DNA of 64,000 nucleotides from Mucilaginibacter sp. (GTDB lineage Bacteria; Bacteroidota; Bacteroidia; Sphingobacteriales; Sphingobacteriaceae): NCBI GenBank assembly GCA_035568395.1, contig DATMOF010000006.1, positions 28,393 to 92,392 of the forward strand, read 5' to 3'. Shown piece by piece: positions 57,958 to 64,000 of this stretch (position 1 is its first letter; each line of letters starts with the position of its first letter). The notes under the pieces were generated by a model. It saw only the letters and a program-made list of their open reading frames with translations, ran no database searches and was not told where the DNA came from. The position numbers and the translations under genes were made by a program.

Positions 57958-59325
57958 TTATTTGTTAAGTTTTCCGATTGAGTTTATAAGCGTATAGTAT
58001 GCCAAACCGGCGTCGGCTTTTGCCAGTTCCAGGTTGATCTGGGCCTGGTATAATAAAGTTTCCGCATCCGCGCGATCTGTTGCCGATGCAATGTTGCTCT
58101 GGTATTTTGACTCCAGTATCTTATTGTTCTCCCCGGCTTGCGCTATCGATGTTTGGAGCAATCTTATCTTATCTAAAGCCATCAAGTAGTTTTGATAGTT
58201 TTGATTGACGTCCCTTTTAACATTATCGATCTCGATATCCTTATTTATAACCACCTCCTCGCGCTGCACTTTAGCCTGCGCCATCTTATTTTTATTTTTC
58301 CATAGGGCATCAAAATTCCAGCCCAGGGTCAAGCCAACCGATATAGGTGTGATGTACGATCCGCTCTTAGGGATAGGATTAGCGTTTACGTCAACATAAT
58401 AAGCGCTGCCCGATGCGGCAAGGGTTGGCAGTGTATTGGCCTGTATCGTCTTGATATTGGTTTCGGCAACCCGTGTACGCAGATCAAGCGATTTCACCTC
58501 GTTGCGGTTTGCCAAAGCGGTATCAATGTAGCTGGCTAATGCGCCCAGGGTCCTTTCAGGCTCGTTTACCTCGTTTATGGTTAGCTGGGTACTTTCGGGC
58601 AAGCCCAGTAAAACATCCAGGTTATAGTTAATTATTTTACGGTTGGTTTCCAGGTCGATACCGTTCAGCTCGATATTGGCCCTTTGCAGTTGAAAACGCA
58701 GCACATCATTTTTGGTTACCAATCCCTGGTCAAAAAACCGCTGCGACTGCTTGATCTGCTGATCAATAGTAGTCAGGTTTTGGCTAACCACCTTTTTGCT
58801 TTGCAGCACCTTATATAAGTTGTAATACGAATTGATGATATCGTAAGTGATCTGGTCTTTATCCTTGTCGGCATCAAGGCGCGCAACCTGGGTTAACAAG
58901 TTGGTTGATTGCTCCGCGTATTTTAACCGGTTACCGCCAAATATCACCTGGCTTAACGATAGAGTTCCCAGGTAGGCGTCGGCGCTGGTGGGCAATGCAA
59001 AGGTGGTTTTCCCGAATTGCAGCTTGTTGGCCGGTATTTCGGCGCGGTTGTAACCATAGCTGGCTTTACCGCTAAGCTTTCCCCCGTCCTTCGCCTGGTT
59101 ATATTCCGTAACAGCTTCATCGATTTTTGCCTGCGATAGTTTTAATACCTTGCTGTTTTGCTGTCCCAGCTTGATCGCCTCGGTGAGGGTGATCGCCCGG
59201 TCCTGCGCGCTTGCGGCGTTAACACATAGCAGGCCTAAAATGATCGCAGGCGCAACAAACCGCATAGCAGTTGCCGCCGCATTTTTAAATAGATTGTTGA
59301 GTGTGATCTTATTTTGTGTTGTCAT
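57958..59325 (-). CDS. TolC family outer-membrane protein
   Basis: Signal peptide, two OEP-like helical repeats, operon context. Confidence 0.9.
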   Translation of the reverse strand: MTTQNKITLNNLFKNAAATAMRFVAPAIILGLLCVNAASAQDRAITLTEAIKLGQQNSKVLKLSQAKIDEAVTEYNQAKDGGKLSGKASYGYNRAEIPANKLQFGKTTFALPTSADAYLGTLSLSQVIFGGNRLKYAEQSTNLLTQVARLDADKDKDQITYDIINSYYNLYKVLQSKKVVSQNLTTIDQQIKQSQRFFDQGLVTKNDVLRFQLQRANIELNGIDLETNRKIINYNLDVLLGLPESTQLTINEVNEPERTLGALASYIDTALANRNEVKSLDLRTRVAETNIKTIQANTLPTLAASGSAYYVDVNANPIPKSGSYITPISVGLTLGWNFDALWKNKNKMAQAKVQREEVVINKDIEIDNVKRDVNQNYQNYLMALDKIRLLQTSIAQAGENNKILESKYQSNIASATDRADAETLLYQAQINLELAKADAGLAYYTLINSIGKLNK

Positions 59326-59956
59326 TGTCTATAACCAGGTAAGCTTTTAAAAGTCGTTTCATGTATTTCTTGATCCTTGGCTTGAGCTTTTCCTCAAGAA
59401 ACTTTTCGTCGCGGATATCATGTCCCAGCATGATCGATGACATATGCGGCGAGTTAATGATATAATTTTTTGTACCGAAAATAGTAGCCGTAATTAACTG
59501 CGTATCGATGTCCTTATGAAAGCTGCCGTTCTTAATGCCTTCGTCAAACAACTTTTTAAATTCAAGCACATTAATCATCAGTATCTGCCCTATCCGGTCA
59601 GTAAGATCCGAGCGTTTGCCAATCGACATTTCCCGGTTGATCAGTTTTTGGAAACAGTTATTTACAATGATCCGGTCAACGTAATTGTCAATACACTTGG
59701 CCAGCTTATCCCACGATGACATGCTTCCATCATTGCCAATATTTTGCAGCAGGGCTTGAAAGGATGATATCTTACGTTCAAAAACAGCAAGAAACAGCCC
59801 TTCTTTCGAGCCGAAATAATAGTTAAGCATAGCCATATTCACACCTGCTTCGCCAGATATTGTACGTGTCGAAGCGCCATCATATCCCAGGTCCGAAAAT
59901 ATCCGTTCTGCAACATCAAGGATATGGTCTTTCTTATCAATTTTGTCTTTATCCAT
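59309..59956 (-). CDS. TetR/AcrR family regulator
   Basis: HTH STRTISGEAGVNMAMLNYYFGSKEGL. Confidence 0.95.
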   Translation of the reverse strand: MDKDKIDKKDHILDVAERIFSDLGYDGASTRTISGEAGVNMAMLNYYFGSKEGLFLAVFERKISSFQALLQNIGNDGSMSSWDKLAKCIDNYVDRIIVNNCFQKLINREMSIGKRSDLTDRIGQILMINVLEFKKLFDEGIKNGSFHKDIDTQLITATIFGTKNYIINSPHMSSIMLGHDIRDEKFLEEKLKPRIKKYMKRLLKAYLVIDNDNTK

Positions 59957-59973
59957 TGCTTTTCGGGCACAAA

Positions 59974-59995
59974 TTTAATCAAACGATTGATTAAA
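59974..59995. promoter_or_regulatory. Putative TetR operator
   Basis: Palindrome with perfect 9-bp arms, TTTAATCAA-ACGA-TTGATTAAA, 17 nt upstream of the tetR ATG. Confidence 0.75.
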
Positions 59996-60151
59996 TTAAA
60001 AACAATTTTATGTTAATAATTATAACATACTGATAATCAATGTTAAAATTCAATTAAATGATGAACACATGACAAATAAAGATGTTTTTATATTGTTAAA
60101 ATTATTGCTACATATAAAATATGCCATTTATCTTTCAATATATTTGCTCAT

Positions 60152-62620
60152 ATGAACCGGATAAAACTAATTGTTTCCCTTTTGTTTATCGTTTCTGCCG
60201 CCTTTGCGCAAACTGCTCCCCCGGCCGACCTGGTAACCATTGAACAAAATTTTAAAAAGCTCGATGTGCTCGGAAGCGTGCTGTATGTGGCCGCACATCC
60301 CGATGATGAAAACACCAGGCTGCTGGCTTACCTGGCGCAGGAGAAACACTACCGCACCGGTTATTTATCCATGACCCGGGGCGACGGCGGGCAAAATTTG
60401 CTGGGCAACGAACAAAGCGAGCTGCTGGGCCTGATACGCACCCAGGAGCTTTTAGCCGCCCGTAAAGTGGACGGCGCGGAGCAGTTTTTTACCCGCGCAA
60501 ACGATTTTGGCTTTTCAAAAGGGCCAACTGAGACATTAAAAATATGGGATAAGGAAAAGGTTTTGAGTGATGTGGTATGGGTTATCCGCAAGTTCAGGCC
60601 CGATGTAATAATATGTCGGTTCCCTACAACGGGCGAAGGCGGTCACGGGCACCATACTTCGTCAGCCATATTAGCGCAGGAGGCGTTTACAGCCGCTGCC
60701 GACCCTAACCGTTTCCCAGAGCAGTTGCAATATGTACAACCCTGGCAGGCAAAACGACTGCTATGGAACACTTTCAACTTTGGCAACACCAATACCACCG
60801 CACCCGACCAGTTTAAAATAGATGTGGGTGTTTATAACCCGGTCATCGGGAAGGGATACGGCGAGTTGGCTGCCGAAAGCCGCTCAAACCACAAAACACA
60901 GGGCTTTGGCTCGGCCCGGCAGCGCGGCTCATCGTTTGAATATTTTAAAACAATTTTAGGCGATGCACCGCAAACTGACCTGTTCGACGGCATAAACACC
61001 ACCTGGAAACGGGTAAAAAATGGCGATGCTGTCTCGGCCGGCGTCAGCATCATCCAAAAAAACTTTGACATCGAACATCCGGAGAACGCAGTACCTCCAC
61101 TGGTACAGCTAATGAGCCGTATTGAAAAAATCCCTGACGTTTACTGGCGTACGCAAAAACTAAAGGAGCTTGATAATCTTATTGCCGCCTGCGCGGGATT
61201 GTGGTTTGAAAGTTATTCGGCCGAGCCAACATATGCCCTGGGCGACAGCATAAAGATCCGCTCACAGGTGTTAAACCGGTACAGCGACAAAGTAAAGCTG
61301 AACCGTATAAGCATCGGGAACGAGGTCAAAAACCTGGATAGCCAGGTGATCCCGGCAAACCAGTTGCAAACCTTTAATACCAGCGCCATTGCAGCTAAAA
61401 TTACACAGCCCTACTGGCTCGAAACAGCGCATACACAAGGTTCATATAATATCCCTAACCGCTTATCGGTGGGCAACCCCGAAAACCCTGACCTGCCTGT
61501 AGTAGATTATGAATTTATCATCGAGGGAAAACCTATTCATTTTGAGCGAAGGGTGATTTACAAATATGTCGACCCGGTACGCGGCGAAGTATACCAGCCG
61601 CTTGTTATAGCGCCCGCGGTAACGGCGAACATCGCCAACCCGGTTTACATATTTAATGCACAGGTACCGCAAAACATACAGGTTAAATTAAAGAGCTTTA
61701 TTAATGGCAACGGAACCGTCAGCATAAAACCAATTAAAGGCTGGAACATATCACCGGAAAAATATGATTTTACCGATAAGCACAAAGGCGACGAATGGAC
61801 GGTTTCTTTTTCTGTTATCCCAACCGAAAACAGCAACAAAACATCGGAGTTTGAAGCGGTTACAACAGTAAACGGGCAATCTTCATCGCTGGGCATACAG
61901 CAGCTTATTTACGAGCATATCCCCACTATCACCCTGTTCCCTCCGGCGAAAGCCAAGTTGTTGGATATCAATTTAAAAATCGCAGGTAAACGGATAGGGT
62001 ATATCAACGGCGCCGGCGATTTAGTTGCCGAGTCATTGCGCCAGGCCGGGTATGATGTTCATATATTAACTGAAAAGGAGATCATGAACGGCGACCTATC
62101 AGGTTATGATGCGATTGTAACCGGCGTACGTGCTTACAATGTTGATCCGCGGCTGGCAATCGAGCAACCCAAATTACTCGACTATGTTAAAAACGGCGGC
62201 AACCTGCTGATACAGTATAACAACAACAATGGCTTGGTCACCAAACAGATCGGGCCATATCCCTTCAGGGTAGTAAACCAGCGCGTTACCGACGAAGATG
62301 CAAAGATCACCATATTAGATAAGCAAAACGCCATACTCAACTACCCGAATACCATAACGCAGGATGATTTTAATGGATGGGTGCAGGAAAGGGGGCTGTA
62401 TTTTGTGAATGACATCGACACCAATTATAAGCCCGTTTTACAGATGAATGATACAGGCGAGGCGCCGAATAACGGTGCAATAATCGTAGGCAATTACGGC
62501 GAAGGCAGGTTTGTGTACACATCGCTTGCCTTTTTCCGGCAATTGCCGGCCGGTGTACCGGGAGCCTATAGGTTGTTTATTAATTTGCTAAGCAAACCAA
62601 AAAATCAGCCGCTGAATTAA
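60152..62620 (+). CDS. Secreted PIG-L/LmbE family deacetylase
   Basis: AAHPDDE, RGDGGQN and GHGHH motifs; C-terminal GATase-like domain; signal peptide. Confidence 0.92.
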   Translation: MNRIKLIVSLLFIVSAAFAQTAPPADLVTIEQNFKKLDVLGSVLYVAAHPDDENTRLLAYLAQEKHYRTGYLSMTRGDGGQNLLGNEQSELLGLIRTQELLAARKVDGAEQFFTRANDFGFSKGPTETLKIWDKEKVLSDVVWVIRKFRPDVIICRFPTTGEGGHGHHTSSAILAQEAFTAAADPNRFPEQLQYVQPWQAKRLLWNTFNFGNTNTTAPDQFKIDVGVYNPVIGKGYGELAAESRSNHKTQGFGSARQRGSSFEYFKTILGDAPQTDLFDGINTTWKRVKNGDAVSAGVSIIQKNFDIEHPENAVPPLVQLMSRIEKIPDVYWRTQKLKELDNLIAACAGLWFESYSAEPTYALGDSIKIRSQVLNRYSDKVKLNRISIGNEVKNLDSQVIPANQLQTFNTSAIAAKITQPYWLETAHTQGSYNIPNRLSVGNPENPDLPVVDYEFIIEGKPIHFERRVIYKYVDPVRGEVYQPLVIAPAVTANIANPVYIFNAQVPQNIQVKLKSFINGNGTVSIKPIKGWNISPEKYDFTDKHKGDEWTVSFSVIPTENSNKTSEFEAVTTVNGQSSSLGIQQLIYEHIPTITLFPPAKAKLLDINLKIAGKRIGYINGAGDLVAESLRQAGYDVHILTEKEIMNGDLSGYDAIVTGVRAYNVDPRLAIEQPKLLDYVKNGGNLLIQYNNNNGLVTKQIGPYPFRVVNQRVTDEDAKITILDKQNAILNYPNTITQDDFNGWVQERGLYFVNDIDTNYKPVLQMNDTGEAPNNGAIIVGNYGEGRFVYTSLAFFRQLPAGVPGAYRLFINLLSKPKNQPLN

Positions 62621-63060
62621 GTAGCCCTGGTAGATTTTGCAGCGACATCCATTTCTGACAGATATTCATTTATCGTCAGGATTTTTGTATCGCCATACTT
62701 TTTGAGCACCAGTAAGTCTTTGTCGCCTGTAATTAAATGTGTTGCTTTACCGTCAATGGCAAGAGCTAGTAAAAAATCATCTTTTCCATCCCGACATACT
62801 TCAACCTTGCTTTTTACTGTAATTAATAATGCCTGACTCCTTATTTTAATAAGCAAGTTTTCGACATCGTCTAAAGCAAAGTATTTTCTGAATTTATTTC
62901 GCTGGCTAACTTCAACAAACTCATCAATGAGTTCCTGGCTAAAAACAAGCGCTATCTTATTACCGGAAATGAGCGTATCTAATATTGAAAGGTCATTCGT
63001 AAGCAAAAAACTGATCCAAAGATTCGTATCAATGATTACTTTGCTTTTTTGAATTCGCAT
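62617..63060 (-). CDS. PIN-domain toxin (putative TA toxin)
   Basis: VIIDTNLWIS, RDGKDDFLL and ITGDKDLL motifs. Confidence 0.9.
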   Translation of the reverse strand: MRIQKSKVIIDTNLWISFLLTNDLSILDTLISGNKIALVFSQELIDEFVEVSQRNKFRKYFALDDVENLLIKIRSQALLITVKSKVEVCRDGKDDFLLALAIDGKATHLITGDKDLLVLKKYGDTKILTINEYLSEMDVAAKSTRAT

Positions 63061-63265
63061 ATCTTTTTGCCCTTACAATTGCTACCTCTTTAGTGATTTC
63101 TTCCAACGATGGTGGGGTATGTTTTGCCTTAGCCCTTATTTTGTGCACCAAGCTTAAAAACTTATCATTCGATGGCTTCCTTATAGATATGAGGTTCATT
63201 TCAGCCAGATTTTTGAGTAGCTTGCGCGCCTTCGGGTCTAATATATCAATTTCCATTGTATCCAT
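63029..63265 (-). CDS. Putative antitoxin
   Basis: 78 aa, overlaps the toxin start; SLEEITKEVAIVR motif. Confidence 0.75.
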   Translation of the reverse strand: MDTMEIDILDPKARKLLKNLAEMNLISIRKPSNDKFLSLVHKIRAKAKHTPPSLEEITKEVAIVRAKRYANSKKQSNH

Positions 63266-63366
63266 ATCTCAAATATAAACAATGTTTACGTTGGCGGCAA
63301 TTGTTACTTATAACAATTGCAAAGGTTGTCGAATAATTTTAAATTTGCACGCATATAATTAATATC

Positions 63367-63558
63367 ATGATACCACACCACGCAACAAAACAAATAAAAG
63401 ACGCAAACATCTATTACCTGATTGGATTACTTAGCGGTCTTTTCATAGGCATAATACTGGAAGGAAGTCCGTTATGGATACCGATCTTAGGGATTGTTGG
63501 GATATTGTTCACCGCCTTTTTCCTGACTGTTTTTGTTAAAGGCCGTGCAGACGCCTGA
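63367..63558 (+). CDS. Small 2-TM membrane protein
   Basis: 63 aa, almost entirely hydrophobic; overlaps the next small ORF. Confidence 0.65.
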   Translation: MIPHHATKQIKDANIYYLIGLLSGLFIGIILEGSPLWIPILGIVGILFTAFFLTVFVKGRADA

Positions 63559-63670
63559 CCCTGAACTCCCCCCGTTTATACATAGCTGGAACCAGTTCTA
63601 TGGCGTAGTTATCGCCTGGCTGGTTATCTTAATTTTTGTATTTTGGCTCATTACAGCTTTGTTTGAATGA
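63545..63670 (+). CDS. Small single-TM protein coupled to the symporter (not in ORF track)
   Basis: GTG start; my translation MQTPDPELPPFIHSWNQFYGVVIAWLVILIFVFWLITALFE*. Its stop overlaps the symporter ATG (ATGA). Confidence 0.6.
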   Translation: MQTPDPELPPFIHSWNQFYGVVIAWLVILIFVFWLITALFE

Positions 63671-64000
63671 GCTTACCCGACTGGATCGTTTTAGGCGTTA
63701 CCCTGCTTACTATAGTGATATATGGTGTATGGAAAAGCGGGAGTAACAAAAATATCGACCAGTACCTGATGGGCGGACGCTCGTTACGCTGGTACCACGT
63801 GGGCCTTTCGGTAATGGCCACCCAGGCCAGCGCCATCACCTTTTTATCAGCACCCGGACAAGCCTATTCCGACGGCATGCGCTTCGTTCAATTTTACCTG
63901 GGCCTGCCGCTGGCCATGATCGTGCTTTGCGTAACATTTGTGCCCATATTTCATCGCCTTAAAGTATATACCGCCTACGAGTTTCTGGAGCAACGGTTTA
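63667..64000 (+). CDS. Sodium:solute symporter (SSS), 5' part, truncated by the window edge
   Basis: MSLPDWIVLG...YLMGGRSL...SVMATQASAITFLSAPG...TAYEFLEQRF. Confidence 0.9.
   Translation, partial: MSLPDWIVLGVTLLTIVIYGVWKSGSNKNIDQYLMGGRSLRWYHVGLSVMATQASAITFLSAPGQAYSDGMRFVQFYLGLPLAMIVLCVTFVPIFHRLKVYTAYEFLEQRF

Noticed and set aside
1-64000. CRISPR array, rRNA, integrase or prophage genes
   Set aside because: No regularly spaced repeat-spacer structure, rRNA-like sequence, recombinase or phage structural motifs were seen.

Overview
The window looks like Bacteroidota chromosome, most consistent with Sphingobacteriaceae such as Mucilaginibacter (inferred from SusC/SusD, ECF/FecR/TBDR modules, TAnnTTTG promoters and heptamer-type intergenic repeats). 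Left to right: (1) an AT-rich four-gene convergent cassette (4-TM protein, radical SAM enzyme, methyltransferase-like protein, MORC-type GHKL ATPase); (2) a TetR-controlled RND efflux operon; (3) an ECF sigma/FecR/TonB-receptor locus whose apparent promoter motif TAGG(A/C)C-N15-16-TGTC recurs upstream of five genes, including an asparagine synthase; (4) oxidoreductase, GH43 and beta-helix genes plus araBDA; (5) a SusR-SusC/D-GH71-GH97-GH71/99 PUL, probably for alpha-1,3-glucan; (6) a 9-kb accessory block beside tRNA-Asp. That block holds a papain-like protease with a chagasin-like inhibitor and a duplicated unknown domain, a full-length LanB with no LanC, a LytS-type kinase, a LytTR regulator, and a 47-aa Cys-free Ser/Thr-rich precursor-like peptide absent from the ORF track. 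The window ends with (7) an EmrAB-TolC-type efflux operon, a PIG-L deacetylase, a PIN toxin-antitoxin pair and a truncated sodium:solute symporter. The best candidates for undescribed systems are the LanB/Cys-free peptide/two-component locus with its neighbouring protease module, and the radical SAM/MORC cassette. All family calls rest on motifs I recognised; no searches were run.
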